A stretch of 63,948 nt of DNA, the filler included, from Thelocarpon superellum (Eukaryota): assembly GCA_026025795.1 (NCBI GenBank). It is 8 parts of 8 records of this genome, joined end to end, with 100 filler letters (N's around TTAATTAATTAA, not from the genome) between each part and the next. Parts side by side here need not be neighbours in the genome. Positions count along the whole stretch, not along the records: positions 41,929 to 50,151 come from JAPEUG010000610.1; positions 50,252 to 58,315 come from JAPEUG010000612.1; positions 58,416 to 63,948 come from JAPEUG010000704.1; 5 more parts are not named here. One strand, written 5' to 3'. Below, piece by piece: positions 48,290-59,952 of this stretch; the stretch's first letter is position 1, and each line of letters starts with the position of its first letter. The notes under the pieces are model-generated. The model was not told where the DNA came from and did not search any database. It saw only the letters and a list, made by a program, of their open reading frames with translations. The position numbers were made by a program, and so were the translations under genes.

Positions 48290-48946
48290 GGTGGCAGTGA
48301 TGTGCTGGACCGTCCGCTGGAGTGACGAACCGCGAAACCCTCGAAAGCCGAGGTCGGGACATAGAGCACACTTGTCTCCATAAGCCCTACCCCATGTTTC
48401 CACCAGCCCCCATTATCACCCGTTGATCCCCGCCCATCCGGTATGTTAGTGCTAGCCTACTGGGTTTAGCAGGCATTTGCTGGTGCCATCTTGACCGTGC
48501 TCGATCTCCTGCCGTCCGCTTCCGCTTCTACTCTCGCTTTCCTTGCTGAACCCGAACGTCTTCCCTCCACCCACACTCGTGAAAGAGTTCTCGCGAGATC
48601 GAACAAGCCAAGACAGGTTCCTGTCGTCGCATGAGGGAACGGCGGCCTAGGCTTCACCCACGAATCCTTTCGGCAATGCACGAATGCTGGAACCTCGTGA
48701 TGAGGTTGAGACTCAAAGGTAAACCCCGCAAAGCTTCGGTGATCATCATCGCACGCGAGCTATGGATAATCATGTGAAGAGATATAATGCTCCCACACAA
48801 TCTTATTTACCGTCGTGATCATCCTGTTTGGTGACCTGCATGTTCGAGAGCGATGTACCGGCGCTCCCCGGAGTCGCAGCTCGTCCGCCTGTGTGCCGTG
48901 CTTTCTTTTCGGCTTTCGATCTCTTCAATCATCCGAATCTTCAACC

Positions 48947-50151
48947 ATGGCCTGCTTTTCCTGTGACACGTCCGCGTCTGCGACCTCATCCGCCTTCGCG
49001 GCCAAAGATGGCAAGTCGCTCACATCCACGGCCCTGTTCATGCTGCTCCAATATCTTTGCGGCTTCAGCCAAGATATGTTAGAGGGCGGAGAGACTGTCA
49101 CACGTCTGAATGGCCAATGTAACGTGACGCTGGGCAACGACTTGGATTTGAAATGTGGGATGGATGTAGATATTTTCGCCGGCGTACAACCCTCCGACTT
49201 TGTCGCCATCCCCGCCCTATTTGAACAGGCCGAGAGGTTGAATTGCAGCCCGGAAAAATACCCAATCAAAGCCATCATCAGCGGTGGCGGGTACAGTGCC
49301 GACGTGTCATATCAAGTGCTTTCGACGTACCTCACCGATCTACAGCACGACGTGCTAATCGCGTCTGCCCCATATTTCGATATCAATACCCAGCTCCTGA
49401 AGGGACCGTCATTCATCGGCAGTGCCGAGCCTGGATATGCCCAGCACCGTAAGGCCTACGGTCAGTGGAATCCACACTTCGGCGATGTCGATTTCATTCG
49501 GCAACACAACCGCTCCGACGACCCTTTACGGTCATTCTTCGAGGTGTCGGGGGATACCATGGCGGTCTTGACCAAGCAGGCTGCCCCACTCATGATCGCC
49601 CTCCGTCCGATTGTCGAATTCCCCGCGTTTTGGGCGGAATCCGTCCGAGGCACCAATCTGTCGAACTTCCGCACTACATCCGCCTACGAGGAAGCGCGAA
49701 GGACATCGTCGAGCCAGTTTGCCGCCGGCTGGAATGGCGACGCTACGACCATGTCTGCGGAAATTCTGCAACTGTTTCAGCGGTCCCATGTCGTCGCGTA
49801 TCAAGGGAAGCGTACTTTTGCCTTTCTGGGCAGATACCTTGGTAAGTGGTCTGCAACCACTGCCGTTGGTCAATGGAGCTGAGGTCCTTGGAGCGAAATG
49901 GATCATCGACCCGCGCGAGACCGCGAATACGACCGAGCCAATAAGACACATGGAGGAGGCGTTTGTCAACCTACCGGAGCGTTTTGTCCTCGTCGATCGG
50001 CGGAGTCTCCTGGCGAATCCCAATCCTCCACAAAATGACGTCTTCACCTTTTCGTCATCGCCGATGGTGATGAGACAGTTCAGATGGCGCGAGTCGACAA
50101 GGACGCTTCTCCGATACAATGAAGAATGGAACTCAAGAGCGATGGCGCGCA
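48947..50151 (+). CDS. Hypothetical protein, no family recognised, 3' truncated by contig end
   Basis: About 300-codon exon from an ATG in good context (CAACCATGG). A GTAAGT donor at 49842 and an AG acceptor at about 49893 restore frame into AKWIIDPRE...; the reading stays open to the contig end. Confidence 0.6.
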
Positions 50152-50251
50152 NNNNNNNNNNNNNNNNNNNNNNNNNNNNNNNNNNNNNNNNNNNNTTAAT
50201 TAATTAANNNNNNNNNNNNNNNNNNNNNNNNNNNNNNNNNNNNNNNNNNNN
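50152..50251. other. Artificial contig-joining spacer
   Basis: N44-TTAATTAATTAA-N44. Confidence 0.98.
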
Positions 50252-50876
50252 GGCCCTTTTCCGCTCGGGAGCGCTTCGCCTAATCAATTTAGCTCAGTAG
50301 CGCTCGGATGTCTCTCCCTGTCCTGTGAAAGCAGCAGGCGGCGATACTAGAGAGGACACGGAGAAAACCCCTACAAGTCATGCTGTCATTCCCTGACCTG
50401 AGCATTCTCCAATTAGCTAACAACCATCCGAAGTGGTCTACTGAGTGTCAGATCAGGTCTTGGTTGGCAAAAGATCAACTACTGATCAGCAATGCCCGTG
50501 GGGAAGCCAAACGTTCATCGCGGCGAGGATGAGAATGTGAGGCGGAGTTGGAACCTGCCCACAGGGAACTTAACAGACCGTTTTCCTAGAGAGGAGATGC
50601 GGAAGACGCTCATGAAATCGATCCGTGACTCGGATTCCCTGGAAGAAAACGGCCGCTTCCTACAGTCACAACAGGAAAGCATCGACGGCGAGCCGTGACG
50701 ACGCGTGGACCGCGCTCATCAGCCAGGTGGGGAATTTGTCCGTCGGAAGCCTCATCCGAGCACCGGGAAGACCATGCACGGAGCGAACGCGAGAGCCTGG
50801 TTTCGTCTACTGTGTGACCCTAGATACTATATACAGATAATTAAGGTGTTGCTGAGTAGTAAGAAGCAGACGGCGA

Positions 50877-53800
50877 TCACAGGATCCATGCGCCCAGGAC
50901 CATGCAGGATCCGGTCCCGATGATGGATCGAAACAGCGATGACGTGCCAACACGCCGAGGAAAAGCGTTGGATTTTGACGGCAAGGCTGTCGAACCGGTG
51001 GACGAGGTCAATGCGAGGGTAGTCGAGGTGAAGGTACTCGCGCCACCGACGAGGCCTGTCGAACTACCCGTCGGCAGCGCCATCGTGCTCGAACCCACCA
51101 CCAGGTCCGTCGGCCCCAGAGAAACGGGTGTCCCCGCGATGGTGACCACGCCGCCAGGCGACAGCGTCGTACTGCCGATAGCGAAGCCGTTCGTGTTCGC
51201 CGTGAAGACCTGCCCTCCCACCGTGTACACGGACATGGGCATCGCGCTAGCCACGACCAGGCCCTGCGTACCCACGGAGATGACGGATCCCGAGACGGTG
51301 ATGGCCGCGCCGCCACGACTGATGGTGGTCCCCCCGATGGAGAAGGTGGCGGGGAAGCCGGGGGCCGGTAACGACGCCATTGCCGTACCCACCACCAACC
51401 CGTTGGGACCAAGGGAGACGGGCGTCCCGGAGACAGTCATCGCGGACCCGCTGCTGAGCGTCTCTCCCGCCAGCACGATGCCGCCGGGCACGAGCTCCGC
51501 GCTCATCCCCGCCAACGTCACCACCTGACCGCTCGTGATCCCGGCCGGGTACGTCACGCCGCCCACGATCACGGGCGCTGGCGTGATGAGTGGTGCCGCA
51601 ACGCCATTGACAATCACCGAACCCGATTGGTAGGCGATCGCGGTCCCGCCGATGGTGACCGGGGCCCCACCTTCAGTGATGGTGTGGCCCTGCACCACGG
51701 CCTCCGGGGTGGCAGGTGCCGAAGCGAGGGGAGACAGGGTCAATCCGCCGATGACGGCAGCGGTGGTGAGCGGCACCGAGACGCTCCCCGCAACGACCGA
51801 TCCCGATGAATAAGAAATGGCAGTGCCTCCGATCGTGATGGGTGCGCCGCCTTGCGTAATGGTCTGACCCTGCACCACGGCCGCGGGCGCATCCGTAGCG
51901 GCTTGCACCACCGGTGAGATGGTAAAGCCAGCAATGACAGTGGGAGCTGCCAGCGGCACGGCGTGTCCGCCCACCACCACTGACCCAGCCGAGTAGGAGA
52001 TAGCGGTGCCTTCGATGGTGATGGCGGGCCCACCTTGCGAGACGGTTTGACCTTGTACCACCACCGCCGACACGGGGCTGGGCGCCTCGGCCACTGGAGC
52101 GACGGTGAAGCCGTCTACCACGGCCGGTCCGGCGGGGGGAGGCGTGATGAGCGGAGCGGCAGCCACATGGGCACCGACGTAGACCGAGCCTGAGACGTAG
52201 GAAACCAACATTCCTTCGACGGTGGCGGCCGGGCCCTGGGCGGTGACGGTCTGGCCTTGAACGACGACCGCTGGCGGCAGACCGGGTGCCACAGCCGTTG
52301 GTATCGCAGCGACACCGCCTGGTACCGAAACGGCTTGCGTGACGGGAGCGGCCTGGCCCCCAACCCAGATCGAACCCGCGCCCAGCGATATGGCCGTGCC
52401 GCCGATCGTGATTGCAGAACCACCGAGAGAGATCGTCTGACCTTGCACCACCGCCACGATAGGAGTAGCGACCGGTGGTGGAGGTCCGGCCGGACCGGCA
52501 GCGGCTGCAGGACCATTTTGCGTGAGTGGCCCTTGTCCTGGTACGCCCATTGCACCAGAGCTGGGCACCACAGGGGCCACGGGCGAGACGGCGACGCCAT
52601 CGACGATTACTGGCGCCGGAACGGCAGCAGGTTCCCCAGGAGCGGAAACAGGCGCTGGGCTCGGTGCCACCTGGGGTACGGCGGAGACGGTCAAGCCACC
52701 AATCACCAGGGGGGTGGAGAATGGCGCCGCCGGAGATGCACCGAGTGCCACGGCCGCAACTGGAGCCGCGTTGGGAGGGAGAGGCCCGCCCGGTACGGTC
52801 GGAGGCACAGGAGCGGGAACCCCCGAAGCGTCGGCCGGCGCGGATGAAACATTGGGAACGTTGGCAGGAGCGTCCGTACCGTCTGCGGGAGCGCTTAAGG
52901 CAGCAGCGGGTACTGCTGCGGCAGGCCAAGTTGGAGGCTCCGGGGCGCCTGCTGCGGAGGGCACACTTGGAGCTGGGGCGACGGCATCGGAAGGCAACAC
53001 TGAGGCAGGCTGCTGCGCCTCAAGAGAACCGCCCGCCGGTTGATGAGGTATCGTGGGCAGAGCGATGATGGTGGGAGATGCGACACTAGGCACAGGTGCA
53101 AATGTGAGGCCGTCGATCACGCCGGAAGAGGCGGATACGGTGCTTCCAGCTCTCGGGGCGGACGAAAGCGCAGCCGCAGGCTGCACCTCGGGTGCCGCGC
53201 TCGGGGCAGCGGCAGCGACAGTGGCAGCGGCAGCGGCAGGGGTAATGGGAATTGGATTGTCCGTAGGCATGGGTGGGCCGGGAGTGAGCACTTCTGAAGA
53301 GGCAGGACTGAGCGCTATGGCGGGCTGAATGAAAGTCCTAGGTGAGGCAGTCGCATGCTTCCCTGATTTGGGTCGAGGCAGCTCGGGCACCGCCGTCGCT
53401 GGCGGGGGCCCATTTTGGAGCGGGCCTGTTCCCGTTGTCGTGGTCAACGGCGTGGGTGCTACCCCGGGGAAGGGATCCAGGACGCCGCTCAAGCCACTCT
53501 GGGAAGCCAACGTCATTTCCGAGGTTGCGACGCCACTTGCCATGATATTTGGCTCCTTGGAGAGGTGGACGACAGGTCTCGATACGGGGTGGTCAGGATC
53601 AGGTTCCACCCCTTGCCCAGGTTGTTCGCCGAAGCTTCCACCGACGTGGCCGGTCCCCTGAGGATGCTGGCCGGTCCTGGTAGAATTCGCTGGCAACAGG
53701 GCTGTGCGCCATGGGCGCGTGTTCGAAAGTGGCGGGCGGCTTGTCGCTATCGGTCCCGGCTGTGGTGAGTCGGACGTCTGGCCGGTATCATTGGAGAGGC

Positions 53801-54959
53801 CCAAAGACGCCGTCGCCAATCCTCCCCACGTGGCTCCAGCGCCTGCCGCCGCCATTGCTGTTCCTGGAGCCGCGCCTTTGGGGTGTGGCACTGGCGGCGA
53901 TGGTGGCAATGGTGATTTCGCCGAGGCCGCCAGTGCCATTGGCACCGAGGCTGAGGGAGGCCCGTTCGATAGCTGCCCGGTAGCATTAGGGAGGATGGAG
54001 GGCTCCCTCACGGAACCTCTCGACGCGTTCTCCGATACTCCTGAGGCATCTGCGGCACCTGCTGCTCCCAGAGTTACTGGCTTGGGGTGAGTCGTTGTCG
54101 TCAACGAAGTTACTGGCGATATCGTCGGCTTCCCAGCCGTTCCCAATGGCGCTTCCGTGAAGGGCGTAGGCGGTAGGGGGTTTGCACCTTTGGGTTTGGA
54201 ATCCGCTGCACCCGGAACGTGCGAAGGTGCGGCTCCGTTGCCCGAATCAGCTTGCAATGGCGCGGAAGGATTCGCGGCCGCTGGCGTTGACGATGTCGAC
54301 GAGGTCGTTGTGGTCGACGTTGCCCTCCATGTCACGCCCGTGGTGTTCCAGGACGGACTGGAGACTTGGTGTCTGACACCGACTGCGCCGGGAGGCGCAT
54401 ACGGCGAGGCTGGTGGCAAAGAGGCCCGCGGACGGATCCACGGCCTCGCAAGATTGAGGGCATCCACCGCGTCGCCTAGAGATCGGTACCGCGGGTCAGC
54501 ATATGGAACGACGAAAGCACGGAGTCCTCCGCATGAATCATTGCGTATTCGTTGTGGCGCCGCTGCGCGGGGGTGGCCCGAGCCAGCGGCGCCGTAGCAC
54601 ACGCGAGCCACACGACTTGACGGGGATGCCGCCGGACGGCTTTCAACGGGCACTAACCGCTCAGAGCTTGACAGAGCAGAAACAACAGTGCGCTCGAGGA
54701 TGGCTTCATCTTCACAAGGGTCCAGGATCAAGTCTCTAGGACAGCAGATGGAAGACGCCCGAGCGCAGCAAAGGCCAGAACGATACCTCAGCGTCAGCTG
54801 CGCCCGCGCGCAGGGCTTCCGGGGATTCATATACGGCTGCTCGGGGGCCCTCTTGGGCCACGGCATCATCTCGGCGGGCATGGGGTGTCGCTGATTGCAT
54901 TTCCGCCCCCAAGGTCCTGTCTCCGACGGCTCGAAAGAGACTTCGAGGAGGTGGGTCAA
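50877..54959 (-). CDS. Large Pro/Ala/Thr/Gly/Val-rich cell-surface protein with about 8 tandem beta-rich repeats and a probable GPI signal; true 5' end unresolved
   Basis: 1360-codon open frame with a mucin-like central region, repeats of the type VVQGQTITQGGAPITIGGTAISYSSGSVVVG, and a hydrophobic C-terminus ...PSKSNAFPRR...IIGTGSCMVLGAWIL*. Confidence 0.75.
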   Translation of the reverse strand: MTHLLEVSFEPSETGPWGRKCNQRHPMPAEMMPWPKRAPEQPYMNPRKPCARAQLTLRYRSGLCCARASSICCPRDLILDPCEDEAILERTVVSALSSSERLVPVESRPAASPSSRVARVCYGAAGSGHPRAAAPQRIRNDSCGGLRAFVVPYADPRYRSLGDAVDALNLARPWIRPRASLPPASPYAPPGAVGVRHQVSSPSWNTTGVTWRATSTTTTSSTSSTPAAANPSAPLQADSGNGAAPSHVPGAADSKPKGANPLPPTPFTEAPLGTAGKPTISPVTSLTTTTHPKPVTLGAAGAADASGVSENASRGSVREPSILPNATGQLSNGPPSASVPMALAASAKSPLPPSPPVPHPKGAAPGTAMAAAGAGATWGGLATASLGLSNDTGQTSDSPQPGPIATSRPPLSNTRPWRTALLPANSTRTGQHPQGTGHVGGSFGEQPGQGVEPDPDHPVSRPVVHLSKEPNIMASGVATSEMTLASQSGLSGVLDPFPGVAPTPLTTTTGTGPLQNGPPPATAVPELPRPKSGKHATASPRTFIQPAIALSPASSEVLTPGPPMPTDNPIPITPAAAAATVAAAAPSAAPEVQPAAALSSAPRAGSTVSASSGVIDGLTFAPVPSVASPTIIALPTIPHQPAGGSLEAQQPASVLPSDAVAPAPSVPSAAGAPEPPTWPAAAVPAAALSAPADGTDAPANVPNVSSAPADASGVPAPVPPTVPGGPLPPNAAPVAAVALGASPAAPFSTPLVIGGLTVSAVPQVAPSPAPVSAPGEPAAVPAPVIVDGVAVSPVAPVVPSSGAMGVPGQGPLTQNGPAAAAGPAGPPPPVATPIVAVVQGQTISLGGSAITIGGTAISLGAGSIWVGGQAAPVTQAVSVPGGVAAIPTAVAPGLPPAVVVQGQTVTAQGPAATVEGMLVSYVSGSVYVGAHVAAAPLITPPPAGPAVVDGFTVAPVAEAPSPVSAVVVQGQTVSQGGPAITIEGTAISYSAGSVVVGGHAVPLAAPTVIAGFTISPVVQAATDAPAAVVQGQTITQGGAPITIGGTAISYSSGSVVAGSVSVPLTTAAVIGGLTLSPLASAPATPEAVVQGHTITEGGAPVTIGGTAIAYQSGSVIVNGVAAPLITPAPVIVGGVTYPAGITSGQVVTLAGMSAELVPGGIVLAGETLSSGSAMTVSGTPVSLGPNGLVVGTAMASLPAPGFPATFSIGGTTISRGGAAITVSGSVISVGTQGLVVASAMPMSVYTVGGQVFTANTNGFAIGSTTLSPGGVVTIAGTPVSLGPTDLVVGSSTMALPTGSSTGLVGGASTFTSTTLALTSSTGSTALPSKSNAFPRRVGTSSLFRSIIGTGSCMVLGAWIL

Positions 54960-56155
54960 ACGCGGCCTACGAAGAGCTGTTCAGCTCGTGCCTCATCCTG
55001 ACTTTCATGAAGTGGCACAACGTCGAAGCATTTGCCCGACCGGCGGCGCCGGTGTGGATGACCGGGCCAGCAACTTGGTGGGGCGAGGCCTCGGCGGACC
55101 AGTCATGGCAAGCCCCGCGGTCTGCAGGAACCCCAGCAAGACGTCAGCTCAGCTTCCAATCGAGCCTGGCTGCGCCTCACCCGCTGCCATTGGCGAACGT
55201 TGCTACGCCGTAGTCTCGGGAGCTAATTTCGATCTCACGGCGGCGCTCCTAAGTGTCGCCGCTCGGGAGCCTCCTGGCCACTCAGACCCAGGTCGCCATT
55301 GAGACAAGCCTTCCGCTCAATTCGGCCCCGCCGATGGCATGTCCCAAGTTAGGTTACGCCGTCAGGCCAATCGCCCGTTTCCTCGACATTTAAGCTTGCT
55401 TGTCCTTGTGAGCCTTCGCTTTCTAGCAGCAATACTACTGTGATGGTGCTGCTACGACTTCTGCGATGGGACCAGTCTCTGTACTCATACCTATGCTCTG
55501 TACACTGCCACCAGCCCATGCGCCCGCGGGGGCCGAATGCCACCGTACTGATCGACAGCGTATCGTATAACCATCCTCGTGCTGTAGGAGTGCCTGCACC
55601 ACTTCACTTGTAGTGACGTGAAGTGATTGGGCGCGGCCGGGGCTTGACGACATCGTGGACCAGAATAGCGACAAGCACAGCATAAGAGAAGGGACATGGC
55701 GAACTCGCAAGCCTCGTGCTTCCCCGACCCAGGGCCGTCCCGGCGCCGGTCGCGGTGACACAAACCCCGGCCAGGAACCAAGGATCCCGTCGCTTACTCG
55801 GACGTGCCACCTGCCGCTGACGTTTGGTCTCCGGTCGCCAGTCGGACGATCCTTTTCACACCCCAGCCAATGCCGGCTTACGGTGGCACGAGCGTCTACA
55901 AAGTTTCGCCACGGAACGTTTGGCGAACGGGAGAGGTCGATGGTTCTATGGGTATCGTCGTTGAAGACAAGTACGGCCGATCATGATACGGTCTGTGCCA
56001 CGGACTCGCCGTCGGCCGCATCCTTCAATGATGCGTCTTCCCATGTGCAGCTCGATTGTTGAAATCAGGTGGAGCCCGCGCCCACACTCGCGCCTGGGCC
56101 CTACCCGTGTGGTCCCGGGCATCATGTGTGCCCGAGACACGCACCGAGTCCGTCA

Positions 56156-57712
56156 TCATGCCTCCATGGCCCAGCGCCGCTCGCGCAAGGGCATGTCGCA
56201 GTCCGGACCTCTCGTCCCGTCCGTCTCACCTCGCCACGCCCAATACTCCGCCAGGCGTGCCTCGGCATAGCTGGCGTAATCGAATTCGATGTGCGAGATG
56301 GTCGCCTGAATGAGGGCCCAGATGGACCTGAGCGACGCGTCAGTCCGCCTTCCTCCAATGCTTCGTGGCTCGCCCGGGGCACCCTTACCAATAGAAGCCC
56401 GGCAGACCGCGGAATTGGTCCACGTGGTTGAAGAGGCGGCGCAGCTCGGCCTCCTCGTCGAGCCGCGTGGCCGAGTGATGGGCAAAGGCGCAGAGATACT
56501 CCCGGAGGAAGGCTCGACGTTGCGACCGCGTCGGGAGGGCACCGTAGTTGCATTCGAGGCCGGCCCACTCGGCGAAGAAGTTGGCGATGTCAAAGGCTGC
56601 GGGTGAGGGCGTGGCATATCTAGGCATCGTCAGAACTTTCCTTTCCCCTTTCGCCAATCAGACTCCGCCCCGGACATACTCGTAATCGATGAAGCTGACC
56701 GTCTCCACGTCGGCCTTGGACGTCGTCCCCAGTGGAGGCGGGTGGATGATGATGTTGCCACCAAGCAGATCGCAGTGTCCAAACACAAGCTGTGCCAACG
56801 TCAGCTCACCACTGAGATCCTTCCCGGCGGCCGGATCCCCACCCCGTCCTGTCCCAGGCCGTCCAGCGCCCCCAGGTCGCCCATCAAGCGCGATCCCTCA
56901 CGCTCAAGCGTCGTCTTCCGTTTGCGGGCTGCCTCGGTCGTCGTCGGTAAAGCCTGGATCCATTGGTGCATGACCGTCCACAGGTTGGGCACGACCCGTC
57001 CGTTGAGCTCGACCCGCCCCGTCCCCACCCCGTTTGTCACCGGCATGGCGCCCGGGGCGGTAACGACGTGCTCACCGGGGCCGGAGGCGCCAGGCCCGAC
57101 GGGCAAAACGGCGTGCCATTCGCCCAGGCGCCGCGCGACGGCGCGCCATACTGGCGGACGGGCGAGGTCGGAAGCACTGCAGACCCGGCCACGCACAAAC
57201 TTGTAGAGCAGGCCATTTGCGAAGCGTGCCAGCAAGGGCGGGGCGAGATGGTGTTGCGACAGCAGTGAGTGCGAGCGGCACTCTCCTGCCCATCACGTCA
57301 GGGCTACATGGCGACCACGGAGGAGAACGGGGCGGTCCGCGTACGCTCACGATCGATCAAGACGTCCGTGCCCGCGCCATACGCTCTCAGCAGGACCGCC
57401 TCGTGGTCGAGTTCCTCCTCCGTCGCGCCTGGCCGATGGAGGGAAGCTTTGAGGAGCTAGGCGGCCGCCCTGCCGTCAGCACTACAAGCCTCTCGTAAGG
57501 CTCGAGCCGGCCCGAGGAGGGTCACGACTCACCGTGTTGGTGATGCCATTAGTAAAGGTCACGAAGCCGATGGATCCCTCGTCGTGCGCCCAATCGGGAA
57601 GCAGGGTCACGATGAGTCGCCGTGCCGAAGTGTTGGAGTCGGTGTGGTCGTATGACAAGGGCACGTATCGAACCGGCGCGGGAAGAATGGCCGACCCTGC
57701 CAAGTGGGGCAT
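56156..57712 (-). CDS. Ethanolamine/choline kinase, about 6 exons
   Basis: FTNGITNT|LLK...VLLRAYGAGTDVLIDR|...LLARFANGLLYKF...ARRLGEWHA...|VFGHCDLLGGNII (Brenner motif)...SFIDYE|YATPSPAAFDIANFFAEW...PGFYW|SIWALIQATIS.IEFDYASYA..RL.EY. Confidence 0.93.
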
Positions 57713-58315
57713 CTCAAGGATGGTGTCGAGCCGTCGGTACTCGAACAACCTATCCACGGGGGCGACATCGACGGCGGAGACGGGCGGTCGGGGAGCGCGG
57801 GCAACAGTGGGCACGCGATACACAGTCAAGATGGGGTCACACGCCATCCATCTACATAATTTACTTCACCGTCTGGCACCGCACTGCACAAATTTACCCA
57901 GTCCTGCCTCTGACCCACTGAACGGCGGCGGCCAAGAGACCTGAGATAGGGTTCCCGCCGCGGGGCCCTGCTATCTCCGACCAAATTAACTTTCGCCCAG
58001 ATGTGGAAGTATGCGGTGCACGATCCATGAGCTACTCGTACATGCCTGACGGCAAGGGCCAAGAGACTGCGCCCGAGAACGGTCACACGTCGAGCGTATG
58101 GGAACACTTTTGCCACTAAACCAACACGACTGGCACTTACGGATGCTTCCTGACTACCATACAGCAGTGCTTAGCCACAGATCCAGTATGCCCTTGATCC
58201 GTCCATGTCAATCGTGGGTGCGGATTGATCGTCGCCTCACAGGTCTGGCACTTGACGTGATAGGGAAGTGAGGATCGAGGAACCTAAGGAGAGATATATC
58301 CCCGCTGGACCTCGT

Positions 58316-58415
58316 NNNNNNNNNNNNNNNNNNNNNNNNNNNNNNNNNNNNNNNNNNNNTTAATTAATTAANNNNNNNNNNNNNNNNNNNNNNNNNNNNN
58401 NNNNNNNNNNNNNNN
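58316..58415. other. Artificial contig-joining spacer
   Basis: N44-TTAATTAATTAA-N44. Confidence 0.98.
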
Positions 58416-59952
58416 GCGCGTTCGTCCTGCTCCGGATCATGGTACAGCGGGCCCCGGCTCCCAGGACCTGTCCACGGGAATTGACACCGGCTCGCACCAA
58501 GGGTACGTAGGTGCCAGGATTGAAAGCTGGTGAAGAGGAGATTCAGAGAATGCATTTACTTCTTCTTCGACAAAAATCTGCAGATCCGGAAGACGTTGGT
58601 CCCTCCCAATCCTCAATCCAACCCAGGATGTTTGGACCTGGTCCTCCATCGTGATGGCGCCATGTTGACGCACGGGGGGTGTGGCGTCGCTTTCCGAGTA
58701 CAGATGTGAGCCTCTCGTACTCGGCGCTGTGGATTCTGCACCATGCCAGCCTCAGCCCCCACGACCCATGCAACACCCTGCACTGCTAGGGAAGAGTCGC
58801 GGCCAAGCCCGGCGGCTTGATCAAGGAGCCCGCAACGTAGCGTGCATGCAATTGAGGTCTCGCCGTGAGTGAGCCTCGCCTGTGCAGGATACCTTAACTG
58901 CAGCAGCATTTGTAAATAGAAGACCCTACCTCAATGGCGCCCCGCGCCCGTCGCCCGTCGCCCGTCCCAAGCTGGGTGAGCGGCGAATGCTTATGCGTGC
59001 CAACCAGCTGGACGTGGGGTGATTTGCCGTCGGTTAGAAGCGACGACGGCGGACGACATTCCATGAGTAAGTGCCACCTACGGCTGGGACATCTCGCCCG
59101 CCCTCTCGTTCAGACGGCTCTAACGACGCCACTCTACCAGGATAGGCTGGGTGAGGCCTCACTCCCTAGCTGGATGATCGGCCCCATCCGCTGATTTTTC
59201 CTACAAGGACGCCTTGTCTCGTCCCGCGCCAAAGGTGTATGATGCCCATCCGGTAGCAAGGTCACGGTTACTGGTACAAGCCTACTACAAGTACTGAGGT
59301 CAACGCGTATTTAATAGTAGTACGAGTACTCGCTCTCATGTTCAATACAATCAGAGCGCGGCCCTTGAGCGACGATTCAGAGTCAGCGGCCCAAATCAGA
59401 GAGACTAAGCAGAGCAGTCCTCAAAGCACGTCGGCTTCTTTGGTCCTCCGAATCGACATGCAGTTTCTCATCTCACCTCGAACTACGGCCCGTGCATATA
59501 CGATTTAATCGTTTGTTTCAGCCCTGAGCAGTCAGCCGCAAGCAGGTGGCCAATCAGACGGGGAAGTGCCGGCACGAAAAGGCCCCCAACGACTGGTGGC
59601 GCATGTGGGCGAGATTACCCCCCTGGCGTCCGTAGCGCCATCGGTAGGTGTGCCGCCCGCCAGCCGGCCCAGGCGACTCGAAACGGCCTCAACTAACCAT
59701 TTTGATCTCCCGGTCAGGACGGCCGGCCATATTATTACGGATTCAGGTACCGCGTCGATCGTGTCTTTAGTTGTAGCCTAGATACGTGACTGGGAGCGCC
59801 ACAAATCAACGCGAATCTCATGCCGTAGATAAATGGAATGGTACCCACGCACTGAATTGCAGGAAGCCACATCAATCTGACATCACCTCTTCGCAAGACC
59901 ATCCTCGTTAATCACCGCACTCCGCGAACACAAAGCACACACCTGTATCACC

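Noticed and set aside
50492..50698. 68-aa ORF that could be the last exon of a gene cut at the contig start
   Set aside because: It is preceded by branch/acceptor-like sites, but it has no recognisable homology and no clear upstream exon, so it is too weak to call.
58416..59900. Possible transposon relic or RIP-mutated DNA in the long intergenic stretch
   Set aside because: I see no terminal repeats, no transposase or RT motifs, and no strong TpA-rich/AT-rich RIP signature.
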